Below, in pieces: positions 9,926 through 19,765 of a DNA stretch of 64,000 bases. Made by a program: the position numbers and the translations under genes. Source of the DNA: a bacterium (GTDB lineage Bacteria; Patescibacteriota; Microgenomatia; JAMCZE01); assembly GCA_021836035.1 (NCBI GenBank), contig JAKBJL010000003.1, forward strand, positions 4,135 through 68,134, in the 5' to 3' direction. Within the stretch, counting starts at the first letter, position 1; every line of letters starts with the position of its first letter. The notes below the pieces were generated by a model. The model was given only the letters and a program-made list of their open reading frames with translations, was not told the DNA's origin and ran no database searches.

Positions 9926-10810
9926 ATGGCTAAATTTGTTCCCGATATTAAGACTAACCGCTGGGTAATTATTGCCCCCGCCCGGAGTACGCGGCCGCAC
10001 AACAACGGCAACAGTAAAGAAATTGACGGCAAGTGTGTTTTTTGCCCGGGTAACGAATATTTAAACCCTCTAGAACTCTACCGGGTAAGCGCCCCGCCGG
10101 GAGCGGGGCAAATGCTTACGCCTGACTGGAAAATTCGGGTAATTGCTAACAAGTATCCCATTACTGATATGCATGAAGTGATCATCCATTCTCCGGATCA
10201 TAATGCCGATGTTGACAATCTGCCCCTGGAACATGTGGAAATGCTTATTCATACCTACCGCCAGCGCTATAACTTCCATACGGAAAACGGTCATGGGACG
10301 GTCCTTATTTTCAACAACCATGACGTCCAGGCGGGCGCCTCGATTAAACATGCCCATTCGCAATTGGTGGTTGTTCCTAAACAAATTAATCTGGATACCG
10401 TGATCCGTGAACCGGTAAACAATTTGGTGGCGGAAACCGATTACTTCTATGTCTATTGCCCGGATTTTTCCCAATGGCCGTATGAAGTCTGGATCGCCCC
10501 GCGGGAGGCGGGACATGCTTTCGGAGAGATTAATGACATTCAGGTTAAAAACTTAGCGTCTTTGCTGCAAAAAACCCTTATCATTATCAATAAGAAATTT
10601 TTACCGCCCGACGGGTCAGGGAAAAAGCCCGAAGACAAAGATATTCCTTACAACTATTATATTTACCACGGACCGGACTGGTACTTGAGGGTTATACCGC
10701 GCCTTATTCACCGCGCCGGGTTTGAGCTGGGAACCGGTCTTTCCGTGAATGTTATTGATCCCACCATGGCCGCGGCCGAGTATCGGGAAGAGATGGACAA
10801 ACTTCAGTAA
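9926..10810 (+). CDS. galT: GalT-like HIT-family nucleotidyltransferase
   Basis: WVIIAPARSTRP, CVFCPGNE, NKYP, HEVIIHSPDH, AGASIKHAHSQ (HxHxQ), AGFELGTG. Confidence 0.8.
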   Translation: MAKFVPDIKTNRWVIIAPARSTRPHNNGNSKEIDGKCVFCPGNEYLNPLELYRVSAPPGAGQMLTPDWKIRVIANKYPITDMHEVIIHSPDHNADVDNLPLEHVEMLIHTYRQRYNFHTENGHGTVLIFNNHDVQAGASIKHAHSQLVVVPKQINLDTVIREPVNNLVAETDYFYVYCPDFSQWPYEVWIAPREAGHAFGEINDIQVKNLASLLQKTLIIINKKFLPPDGSGKKPEDKDIPYNYYIYHGPDWYLRVIPRLIHRAGFELGTGLSVNVIDPTMAAAEYREEMDKLQ

Positions 10811-10858
10811 TTCAATAATTAATGAGGCGTTATTATTGATTTGTCGGGTGCTGAATTA

Positions 10859-11065
10859 TTATTTACCCATTCCCAGAAGCCAAAGGACTGCTTCTTTTTT
10901 GTACCTCCGGTCTCCTCTTGAATTGATACGGATGGCGGGCAGTTTGCCTCTTTTACCCCAGCGCTTAATAGTGAGGACAGAAACGCGCAGGAGTTGGGCG
11001 ACTTCTTTGACCGTGAGCAGATCCGGAAGGTTATCGATTGATATTTTTTGATCAACCACAGACAT
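10859..11065 (-). CDS. Small excisionase/MerR-like helix-turn-helix protein
   Basis: LPDLLTVKEVAQLLRVSVLTIKRWGKRGKLPAIRINSRGDRRY; start chosen at ATG 11065. Confidence 0.85.
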   Translation of the reverse strand: MSVVDQKISIDNLPDLLTVKEVAQLLRVSVLTIKRWGKRGKLPAIRINSRGDRRYKKEAVLWLLGMGK

Positions 11066-11379
11066 AGAAATATGATCTACTATTATTGTATATAACAAAA
11101 TACCACATCAATTGCAAGGGTCTATCTCTCCTGCTATCCTTCTGTTTTCTCCTGCCCGATATTTACGTGGATATGATACTCTCTTAGCGGATAATGTCCG
11201 GTTTAGGGCTACGGAGCACGTGAGACGAAAATATTTAAATGACAAACCGACCATCGCGAAAGCGCTGCTGGTGGCTATGGCGGTTGGGATACTATACGTA
11301 ATAGTAGCAAAGTGTGGGACAAGCCGGTCGCCGGTTTCGCCCCGGGCCATTTCCCAAATTGCGGAAAAAGCTACCTGGG

Positions 11380-12140
11380 GTCTTGCACTAGTCGCCGCCG
11401 GGTACATTTCCTGTAACAGGCAGGATTTCGGAGCTTCGTGCGAACAATTGGCGACTTGCAATATAAAAAGGGCGAGCTGGAGGATTTAGAAATTATTACG
11501 ACCCGACCCGGGGTCGGTTAAAGACAATTGCTTACCCGGCGCCGGAAAACCATGAATATTTAACCGCTGATGCTTCCGGCAATTTTGCCGGCTGGGCCGG
11601 AGACTGGGATAAGGGTTATTGCGTTTTCGACCTGGGCAGCTGGCATTGAATTTCTTTAAACTCGGAACGCAGCCATGCCGGCGGTTGCCAGGCAGGGTCA
11701 TCGCAGGAAACCTGGTTGCGAAACGATTTGCCCCAGCACCCGGGCGCTGGCGTTTTGGCTTTTTGGCATGAACCGCGGTTTAACTCGGGCTTCCATGATA
11801 ATAATGTTGCCTACACCGCTTTTTGGCAGGATTTGTTTGCGGCGTGTGCCACTTTGGTTTTAAACGGCCATGCCCATGGTTATGAGCGGTTTGTTCCCCA
11901 GGATCCTGCGGGGGTAGCCACTTCCTCCGGAATGCGGGAATTTGTCGTGGGGACGGGCGGGAAGAAATTGACCCGTCCGGACGGCTTATTATCCAATAGC
12001 GAAGCGTTTAATAACTCAAGTTTCGGAATCTTAAATTAAACTTTATACCCTAAATCCTACGATTGGCAGTTTACCCCTGTTCCCGGCGAGGCTATTTCCG
12101 GCTCCGGAAGTGGTAATTGTGTCGGCAATACGGGATATTA
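11380..12140 (+). pseudogene. Decayed metallophosphoesterase (calcineurin-like)
   Basis: LVAAG, WHEPRF and VLNGHAHGYERF...EFVVGTGG motifs spread over several frames with stops; bounds approximate. Confidence 0.7.
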
Positions 12141-12177
12141 AAATAATATCGGGCAAAATATCTACCCCTTTACATCA

Positions 12178-12208
12178 AAAGAACTCTTCCTATTGGGAAG
12201 AGTTCTTA
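12178..12208. terminator. Hairpin, probably a bidirectional terminator downstream of rplL
   Basis: aagaactcttcc-tattg-ggaagagttctt between convergent genes. Confidence 0.7.
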
Positions 12209-12232
12209 ATTAATTAGCTTAGGAAACTTAAG

Positions 12233-12625
12233 CTACTTAAGTTCCACCGTCGCGCCTGCAGCCTCTAACTTTTTCTTGGCTTCCTCGGCTGTCGCTTTAT
12301 TCACTCCCGTTACCACTTCTTTTGGCGCGGATTCGACTAAAGCTTTCGCTTCGGTAAGTCCCAGAGTAGGAACTACTTCGCGGACGGCCTTGATAGCCGA
12401 AATCTTATTGGCTCCGGCATTGGTTAAAACCACATTGAACGTTGTTTGCTCCTCTTTCGGTTCGCCGTTAGCAGCGTCTGATGCGGCCGCCTGGGGTGCA
12501 GCTACCGCTACCGGTGCCGCGCTGACTCCGAACTTTTCTTCCAAAGCTTTTACCAAATCAGCCAATTCCAAAACGGAAAGTTCGGATATCGCCTCAATTA
12601 TTTCGTCTTTAGATAATTTTGCCAT
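12233..12625 (-). CDS. rplL: 50S ribosomal protein L7/L12
   Basis: [51 protein letters not shown]. Confidence 0.98.
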   Translation of the reverse strand: MAKLSKDEIIEAISELSVLELADLVKALEEKFGVSAAPVAVAAPQAAASDAANGEPKEEQTTFNVVLTNAGANKISAIKAVREVVPTLGLTEAKALVESAPKEVVTGVNKATAEEAKKKLEAAGATVELK

Positions 12626-12746
12626 TAATTATTTCACCACCTTCTGGAAACAGTTAATGAGTTTTAGCGAATTTACTGTTTCTTGAAACCGCCGCTAAAG
12701 CGCAACACGAGCCGTTGTCAATAGATATGAAAGGCGAGCGTTAAGC

Positions 12747-13259
12747 TTAGGCGAGCTTTCCAATGTTGCCCAATACGTAAACTAATTTCTGTAAATTCCC
12801 ATTCAGGGTATGCACCAACCCGTACATGGGCCCGGATAATCTGCTGACTACCTGACCTTGTAGTATTTCTTTACTCGGGAGGGTGGAAATAGCGGCAATT
12901 TGGGCGCTATCATATGTCGTGTTTCCGATAAATCCGCGGCTGACTGCCGGCAACTGAAAATTTTTGATAAATTTATAAAGTTCTTTGATAGGGGTAATTT
13001 CATCACCATAAGCAAGAAGCGCGGCGGTGGGTCCGGGAAAGGCGGTATTCTCCAGATCGAATCCGGAACCCCGGCCGGCAATTTTTAAGAGCGTATTTTT
13101 GACGACAACGTATTCCGCGTCCACTTTGCGGAGAGTCTTGTGAAGTGATTCCAGTTGTTTATGGGTTAAGCCGCGATAGTCTGTCAACACCAGAGCTTTC
13201 GCCCGGCGGACTTTATCGTTAAGGTTGGCAACCGAATCAATATTCCTTTGGTTTGGCAT
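12747..13259 (-). CDS. rplJ: 50S ribosomal protein L10
   Basis: LTDYRGLT, YVVVKNTLL, GPTA, LPSKE; directly upstream of rplL. Confidence 0.96.
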   Translation of the reverse strand: MPNQRNIDSVANLNDKVRRAKALVLTDYRGLTHKQLESLHKTLRKVDAEYVVVKNTLLKIAGRGSGFDLENTAFPGPTAALLAYGDEITPIKELYKFIKNFQLPAVSRGFIGNTTYDSAQIAAISTLPSKEILQGQVVSRLSGPMYGLVHTLNGNLQKLVYVLGNIGKLA

Positions 13260-13273
13260 ACTTTTGTACCAAT

Positions 13274-13358
13274 AAAAAACTTCGGCGACGCCGAAGTAGA
13301 ATTATAAATTCCTGCGTGAGTCTTGCACCCTTCCGGAATGCTCACGGTCTTCGGACAA
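13274..13358 (-). promoter_or_regulatory. L10 leader (autogenous control element) followed by an attenuator hairpin
   Basis: Minus strand CCGAAGACCGTGAG...CTCACGCAGG fits the L10-leader pattern; it is followed by ACTTCGGCG-T-CGCCGAAGT plus a U-tract just before the rplJ ATG. Confidence 0.7.
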
Positions 13359-13365
13359 CCATACT

Positions 13366-13395
13366 ATTATACATTATAACTTCCCGCGGGGTCAA
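13366..13395 (-). promoter_or_regulatory. Sigma70-type promoter of rplJL
   Basis: TTGACC (13395-13390)-18 nt-TATAAT (13371-13366). Confidence 0.6.
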
Positions 13396-14077
13396 CCCCG
13401 ATCGCGATTGGGGCAGGCTCCCTCAGCAGGCTATAACACTGAGCGTAGCCGAAGCGCCGTTCAATTAGTCGCCAGTTTCAGCCGAGATAATCTGGCTACA
13501 ATATCTACGTTTAGGCAGAAATAGACTCCGGCGGACTTCTCGAGTTCAACCGGTACGACCGGCAGCGCGTCCGGAATAAAATTTCTCATGTTATGGTCGG
13601 GGATTTGACCGCCGCGGTATCTATGGCGTCTACCATCGTTTTATCGAAGGTGTTTCTTTAAACCCGGTCCATATTTTGATGCTTCCGCTTCGGCTTCTAA
13701 TCTTAATCTTCGTATTTTGGGCTAAAAAGATTTGCCTGACGGGAATGCCTGTTTATGGATTGCCAATCCCGCCCATACCTGGAAAGCCGTAGCTGACAAT
13801 GCTACCATTACCTTATTCGGTTTTTCTCCCAATCATTCCTCTCCTTTAGCACGGCGGGATAAGATAATTTTACCGCGCAGGTTAATTTTTCTTTAGAACC
13901 AGCAAATGCTACTTCTGATTTATTTCTAATTTAACTTTCGCTCTGGCCGTAAAATCGGTATTTATACGCGGAACAAAGCCGATGATCTAAACTTACACAG
14001 GAAAGTAGATATTACCAATTAAGGATGAAACTACTTGAAACGGGGTACTGAACAATACAAGATTCTCTTTATCATTC

Positions 14078-15334
14078 CTATCTTCGGGGATCTAGCATGG
14101 GGTGTTTGCGGTCAAAGTCTGCGGCCAATTCCGCAGCCCGTTCTTTTAAGAGACGAAAATCTGCCGGAGTGGGTACCCGGATTCCTAACTCCGGACAATG
14201 TTTGGCCAGGAATTTAATTACCTCGTGAGTTCCGTCGATATCGGTGGTAAAGCAAAGCGTTCCCCCTTCCAGTTCCGGCCGGTAAGTTTGGCGCCGTTTT
14301 CTTTCGATTGCTTCCGTTAAGTTTCGATCATAAGCATGATGTGGGGGATGGATTTCCCAGCAAACCGCTCGGCCGGGGATATCGCTGAGGAGAAAATCGG
14401 TTTTAAATCCCCGGTTTTCGTAAGAGGGAACATGCAATCTCCGGGGATCAAATTTTTCTCCGTTTTGCGAAAGATACCAGGTAATAACGGACAACCGTTC
14501 CAGAGAAGAATCGAAGCGGGTAATTTCTCCGGTCCCGAATTGATAAAAAGCCCGGGGGACAAGCGGCTTTCCGGGTTTTGCTTTTTCGGGAAGGGGGCAG
14601 GGGGGAAATTCTTCAAGTAACCGTTCCGTTTGGCCGCAATATTCCGCCTGATACGCGGCAATTAAGTTCGGATCTTTTACTTTATGATACAGCCAGTTGC
14701 GCATTTGCCCTTTAAAAAAACCCGCCAGGGAATTTTTACCGGCAAATATTTTCGGGTGCTTGGGCCAATTAGCCCAGCCGTCGTATTTTTCCCAAAAAGC
14801 GGGATTCAGACGATGATCCAGGAGAAAGGAGACAAAATCAGGATAATAGTAGCGGCTCAGCGGGGGATTGTGGTAAATCCTTTTCTTGGCGATGGTGGCC
14901 TCTTCCGGTCCGGGATAATTTTTCCGGGTAAAAATATCTACGGCGCGGCAAAATCCCGGAGCGTCGGGAGAAAGCCGGGAGGTGAATTCCTCCTCGCTTT
15001 TGCCGGTCCACTCGCGTCGTAAATTAAGATAAAGACTAAAATGGTTAACGGTTTTAAACCTGTCCAGGAAATCGCCGGAGCGCAGCGGCGAAATCCGGCG
15101 GCGGGCGTGATGGCGCAGCATAACTAAGGTGTCACCAACGGTTTCCAGGTCCCAGCCGGTTAGCCCGTAAGGGTGGGGGTTGCCGGTAATTGCTATTGCT
15201 AATTCAATTTCCGCGGGAGATTTTTCCCGATGATACCGCGGTGGAACCGATAGGGGCAAAGGATGGCCAAGAATATACTCCCTGGTAATAGGAAAAACGA
15301 AAAAATTCCCGGAAAGTTCGTTGGTTACCAGCAT
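14078..15334 (-). CDS. Hypothetical protein, possible C-terminal PD-(D/E)xK-like nuclease domain
   Basis: 418 aa ORF; FKTDFLL...VCWEIHP pattern; start uncertain. Confidence 0.6.
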   Translation of the reverse strand: MLVTNELSGNFFVFPITREYILGHPLPLSVPPRYHREKSPAEIELAIAITGNPHPYGLTGWDLETVGDTLVMLRHHARRRISPLRSGDFLDRFKTVNHFSLYLNLRREWTGKSEEEFTSRLSPDAPGFCRAVDIFTRKNYPGPEEATIAKKRIYHNPPLSRYYYPDFVSFLLDHRLNPAFWEKYDGWANWPKHPKIFAGKNSLAGFFKGQMRNWLYHKVKDPNLIAAYQAEYCGQTERLLEEFPPCPLPEKAKPGKPLVPRAFYQFGTGEITRFDSSLERLSVITWYLSQNGEKFDPRRLHVPSYENRGFKTDFLLSDIPGRAVCWEIHPPHHAYDRNLTEAIERKRRQTYRPELEGGTLCFTTDIDGTHEVIKFLAKHCPELGIRVPTPADFRLLKERAAELAADFDRKHPMLDPRR

Positions 15335-15434
15335 TTACCGGGCAGACTTTCAGATATTAATAAATATTTTTAAAAAAAATACAAGAGGAAAATATTTGGA
15401 GAAAAGTACGGAGAATTATGTTAGATTTAAATTA

Positions 15435-17837
15435 ATGGGGCGAAATCTCCGTGTTAAATTTTTTTTAGTAATTACCTTCTTTTTGGCGTTTGTAAAACCG
15501 GTTTGGGCCGCGGATGTTTTCAGCGATAACTTCGAAAATGGTTTGGGGAATTGGCAGATAACGGCTCTGGGAAATGCGGTGGTAAATACTGCTCTGGACA
15601 CCGATCCCGGCTCTACCCATGGCAATATCCTCCATGTTTATTATCCGGGAAATAACTCCGATATCAAAATTATTTTAAAGAATTTAACTAGCTTAATTTA
15701 CGGCAAATCGAATTTAGTGTATGAGGTTGACTTTTATGACGACCCGGCCAGGGATTACGGAATTAGTTTTTATGTTCGCGATGCCTCAGGCAGATACCTG
15801 GAATTTATTGTTGATAGCCTTACCGGAAATTACCGTTTGCGAAATGATTACGGCGCGCAATCTAAATATTTTGATACCCGGATAAGCCGCAAATTAGGCT
15901 GGCATAAAATCCAGATTATCGTCAGCAGCGCGGGTGCCTATCTGGTAATTGACGGCCAGAATTCCGTTTACCTCCGCGGGCAGATTGCTTATCCCAACGT
16001 GAGTGAGATAGATTTCCCCATCTTTAACGGGCTCACGGGAATTTCCGAGGTCGGAATCGAATACCCCGCGTGGAATAAACCCGCCGGTAACAGTTACTGG
16101 GATAATTTCCGGATTTATGAACTCCGACCCCAGGCGAAAACTACTTCCCAAAAAGAGGAAGATTTAATTCTCGAATACCTGAATAGTTACGAGAGCAATC
16201 TCGGCAATGCCAATTTTCTAAACGCCGAGACTACCCTAAAAGGAATTCAGAATTTTCAACTTTCGCGCCTGGGTTTGGCAGCGGCCTATGGGGTTCGTTA
16301 TAGCGCCGGCGGCGATGTTAACGACCTGGCTAATCTGAAAAAGTATTTAACCGCCGTTATCAACGACTATTGGGCTGCCGGGGGTTGGAAAGGGCAACAA
16401 TCGGAAACGCCAATATCCGGCCAGGTTATAGCCGCCATTGCTTCCTGGCAGTGGAGCAACCTGGATACGACTCTCCGGAACAAAATTTCCGGAATATTGA
16501 ATGATATCGGCACCAATACGAACAAAAATAATTGTATAAGCTCCATGGCGGCAGGTTATGATAATAATCAGATTTCGGATAGCCGAGGAGAGGAATTTGC
16601 CTGGATTGCTTCCTACCTTAAATTTGTCTCCGATGTTTATCAGGATAAATCGGATACCCCGTCTTGCGGGGTCAACGATCCGGCTTTAACTAAATGGAGT
16701 GTGCGGGCAGCTAACTTCGCCTGTGTATCGACGACCCATGCACTTGCGACCGATCCTACTAAAATCGACCCGGGCGATATTTGTACCAGCAACCAGGCGG
16801 TCATGCCCCCCAATCCCTCCTTAACAAGTGCCTTTATCATGCGCAATCACGGAATTGATCATCCGGGTTATGCTTTGACTATTGCCTGGGGGTTGGCCCA
16901 GGCGCAACTTTATCAACTGAACCAGGGGAAAACCGAAAGCCAAATCGAAACTGATTATCGGAGGAATTTTGGTAACTTCTACACCAACAATATCTCCAAC
17001 CTCGTCCGCTTTAATAATTATTCCTATAAACCACTTACGCCGGCGGACATGATCTTTGCCTATACAGGGAAAGACGATTGGGATCAGGATGCGACGCTTC
17101 AAGATCAGGCTTGGGCCTACTTTGACATTATTTTTAAGAATCGGCCCGGCTGGAATTGGACAAATAAGCTTGACGGGATAGTTAATTATGCCTGGTTAAC
17201 ACGGGGCGGCAAAGCTTTTTATCCTCCCCTTGTTGACGGAGATTTAGCGGCCCATTGGCTTGAGCCGGAGGTAATTTCCTGCGGTCCGGGATCCTGCAAC
17301 GCTTACAAGATGAACAGCGCTCTCTATTTTTTTCTAAATTCCATGGACGCTATTGACCGCTTTGAAACACTGTTTATTATTAATCCCTCGGTTTATCCCT
17401 TGCATCTGATTTGTACTCCCAGTACCAGTTGCGGAACTAAAAACTGTGGGACAATACCTGACGGCTGCGGAGGCACCCTAAATTGTGGTCCAACCACACG
17501 GGCCTGTACGGCTGCCTTTGGGACCTGCTCTGTTACCGGAACCCAATCCTGCCAAGTCGATAATACCTACAGTCTAACCTGCACCGCTACTGATCCAAGA
17601 ACGGCCAACTGTGTCGGGAAGAACTGTGGCACTGACGGTTGTGGAGGGGTCTGTGGTACTTGTACCCTGCCCCAAGTCTGCGGCGGGGGGGGAACCCCGA
17701 ATGTTTGTGCTCCTCTCCCCGGAGATCTAAACGGAGACGGGAAAGTAAATATTACCGACCTAAAACAGCTTTTATCTTCCTTTACCAATATCTTCAATTA
17801 CAATTTAGTCGTGGCCAATTTCGGCGAAACCCAATGA
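15435..17837 (+). CDS. Secreted multidomain protein: lectin-like beta-sandwich, helical putative catalytic domain, Cys-rich linker, dockerin-like tag
   Basis: Signal peptide ending PVWA; FSDNFENG...WHKIQI...YWDNFRIY; CGTIPDGCGGTLNCG; GDLNGDGKVNITDL...YNLVVANFG. Confidence 0.85.
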   Translation: MGRNLRVKFFLVITFFLAFVKPVWAADVFSDNFENGLGNWQITALGNAVVNTALDTDPGSTHGNILHVYYPGNNSDIKIILKNLTSLIYGKSNLVYEVDFYDDPARDYGISFYVRDASGRYLEFIVDSLTGNYRLRNDYGAQSKYFDTRISRKLGWHKIQIIVSSAGAYLVIDGQNSVYLRGQIAYPNVSEIDFPIFNGLTGISEVGIEYPAWNKPAGNSYWDNFRIYELRPQAKTTSQKEEDLILEYLNSYESNLGNANFLNAETTLKGIQNFQLSRLGLAAAYGVRYSAGGDVNDLANLKKYLTAVINDYWAAGGWKGQQSETPISGQVIAAIASWQWSNLDTTLRNKISGILNDIGTNTNKNNCISSMAAGYDNNQISDSRGEEFAWIASYLKFVSDVYQDKSDTPSCGVNDPALTKWSVRAANFACVSTTHALATDPTKIDPGDICTSNQAVMPPNPSLTSAFIMRNHGIDHPGYALTIAWGLAQAQLYQLNQGKTESQIETDYRRNFGNFYTNNISNLVRFNNYSYKPLTPADMIFAYTGKDDWDQDATLQDQAWAYFDIIFKNRPGWNWTNKLDGIVNYAWLTRGGKAFYPPLVDGDLAAHWLEPEVISCGPGSCNAYKMNSALYFFLNSMDAIDRFETLFIINPSVYPLHLICTPSTSCGTKNCGTIPDGCGGTLNCGPTTRACTAAFGTCSVTGTQSCQVDNTYSLTCTATDPRTANCVGKNCGTDGCGGVCGTCTLPQVCGGGGTPNVCAPLPGDLNGDGKVNITDLKQLLSSFTNIFNYNLVVANFGETQ

Positions 17838-19765
17838 AGAGAATAATTTTTATTTTGTTCTTGGGAATATTTTTACTCCAGGGAAAAAAGGTCTTTGCCG
17901 CGGGATTTGCTGCACCTGCAAGGATATATGCCTCTTCGGAACTGCAGGTATCCGGGTACAACTGGAGCGCTCAAAATGTCCTGGACAACAATCCCCAAAC
18001 TGCCTGGTCGTCTAAACAACTATCCGGTCCGGATAATTCTGAATGGTTGACTTTTGATTTCGGCACTCCCGTATCCCTGGCTAAAATCATAGTCACGCCC
18101 AGAGTTTGGCAAAATCGCATTCAGGCTTTCCCGAAGGCTTTCAATATCGGCTACAGCGACGATGGCTCTACCTGGAAAATTATTCCCGGCTTTGATTTTC
18201 AAAGTTTTCCTGACCCCCAACCTAACTCTGATGGTACCGCGCCACAACTGCCATTTCCTGTTAACTCTACATATCGTTTTTTTGGCCTCGGTTTTTCCAA
18301 AGCTACCACTGACAGCTATGGGGGTTATTTTATTCAGCTGGCCGACGTCCGTTTTCTTACTAGCGAATGCACATTGGACAGCGATTGTTCCGCCGGCCAA
18401 TCCTGCCGGCAGGGAGTTTGCGGTGTCAACACTTTACCGTACTGGAATTTAAAGCCCGGCAGCTACTGGATTTTGTCCGGTACCGATAATTATAGCGGCA
18501 TTCCGCTTTCTTTTCGGCAAAGATACGATTTGGAATTACCGGAAAATATCTGCACTGACGGGTCAAACAAGAGTGTCTTAACCTGGCGCGTTACCCGAGA
18601 TGTCGCTTGCCCCTATCCCCACCAATGTTATTGGGGTAATTTAAGATTTATGTTCGTCGATCCGACAGTTGACACCAGCCCTTTTATCTGGGCCACCGCA
18701 GATAAGCGCTATACACGTAACCCGGACAGTCCATTTGCCGATATCGGTACTCTTTACCAACACAGTTATTTTAGCGGACGGTTGGATACCTCCCAACCGT
18801 ACGTGCCGCCCTATCTTTATTCGCCCAAATTCCTTCCGGGCTTAGGCAATAATCTCGAATACCGCTACAACCAAAACTATTATTGGAACTATGGCCAGCC
18901 CGGGATACCAATCGCCGATGAGAACATGTGCCGTGATACCTCGCTCGGCCGTGACCAGGCAGATTTGATTATGAGATACCAATTGACCGGCATAAATACC
19001 CCGGCGTATCATGGTCCGGCTTTATTAGTCAGTCAGGGGGAGAAGTCAAGCTGGTGTACTAGGGAAGATTGGTACTTAGCACCCAACATCGGCATTTCCA
19101 GGGTTGACCAGTGGAATTGTAATACTACCGGAAATTCCTGTTATGACGGACAGCATTTCGGCAGTTGTAACTGCAATTCCTGGACCATTGATTCCGGAAA
19201 TCACCCGAACTGCTATCAGAATTTGGCTCTACAGGATCCTGCGATGAGCATGTCCCTGGTTAAATATTATCTTGGCCATGCCTTGCAGGCTTCGGTCAAC
19301 AACACCACTTCCGTCCAAACTAACGCAAGGCAAACATTGGCTTTTAACTTTATAGATCCTTCAACCAACTTTACCTATGAGGGGCAGCTGGATACGGAAA
19401 ACAGTTTTATTTCTCCCGACGGTAATTCCCTCGTTGCTGCTGGGAAATGGAATACTTGGGTCGGAACGGACGGCAAAGTGACTATGACCATTGGCCAAAA
19501 TATTCTTCCCGGTACCTACCGCACTCGCTTCCGCCCTCATTTTTTCAGTTCGCCTGACAGCGCCTTACAAACTAATGCCGAATCTGTTACCGGGCAAAAC
19601 AACCTTCCCTGGAGCAACGAAGTAACTCTAACTATCAATCCGATTCCCGGCGACTTAAACGGCGACGGCCAGGTTAATATCGCCGATTTACGGGCCTTGC
19701 TCGGAAACTTTTCCGGCATCTTCAATTACAATTTAGTCGTGGCCAACTTTGGCAAAACCCAATGA
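17834..19765 (+). CDS. Secreted protein with F5/8 type C (discoidin) domain and dockerin-like tag
   Basis: ATGA overlap with the previous gene; signal ending KVFA; ASSE...NVLDNNPQTAWSS...EWLTFDFG...YSDDGSTW; GDLNGDGQVNIADL...VVANFG. Confidence 0.85.
   Translation: MKRIIFILFLGIFLLQGKKVFAAGFAAPARIYASSELQVSGYNWSAQNVLDNNPQTAWSSKQLSGPDNSEWLTFDFGTPVSLAKIIVTPRVWQNRIQAFPKAFNIGYSDDGSTWKIIPGFDFQSFPDPQPNSDGTAPQLPFPVNSTYRFFGLGFSKATTDSYGGYFIQLADVRFLTSECTLDSDCSAGQSCRQGVCGVNTLPYWNLKPGSYWILSGTDNYSGIPLSFRQRYDLELPENICTDGSNKSVLTWRVTRDVACPYPHQCYWGNLRFMFVDPTVDTSPFIWATADKRYTRNPDSPFADIGTLYQHSYFSGRLDTSQPYVPPYLYSPKFLPGLGNNLEYRYNQNYYWNYGQPGIPIADENMCRDTSLGRDQADLIMRYQLTGINTPAYHGPALLVSQGEKSSWCTREDWYLAPNIGISRVDQWNCNTTGNSCYDGQHFGSCNCNSWTIDSGNHPNCYQNLALQDPAMSMSLVKYYLGHALQASVNNTTSVQTNARQTLAFNFIDPSTNFTYEGQLDTENSFISPDGNSLVAAGKWNTWVGTDGKVTMTIGQNILPGTYRTRFRPHFFSSPDSALQTNAESVTGQNNLPWSNEVTLTINPIPGDLNGDGQVNIADLRALLGNFSGIFNYNLVVANFGKTQ

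Noticed and set aside
10859-11065. Excisionase marking an integrated element
   Set aside because: No integrase or att site nearby; more likely a stand-alone regulator.
13500-14030. Possible ncRNA or gene in the gap upstream of rplJ
   Set aside because: No long ORF or recognisable RNA motif; may be a decayed gene but cannot be supported.
17639-17833. Long N-terminal extensions in the ORF track (also 15321, 29540, 44216, 59290)
   Set aside because: They overlap upstream genes or promoters; downstream starts give proper signal peptides or family N-termini.
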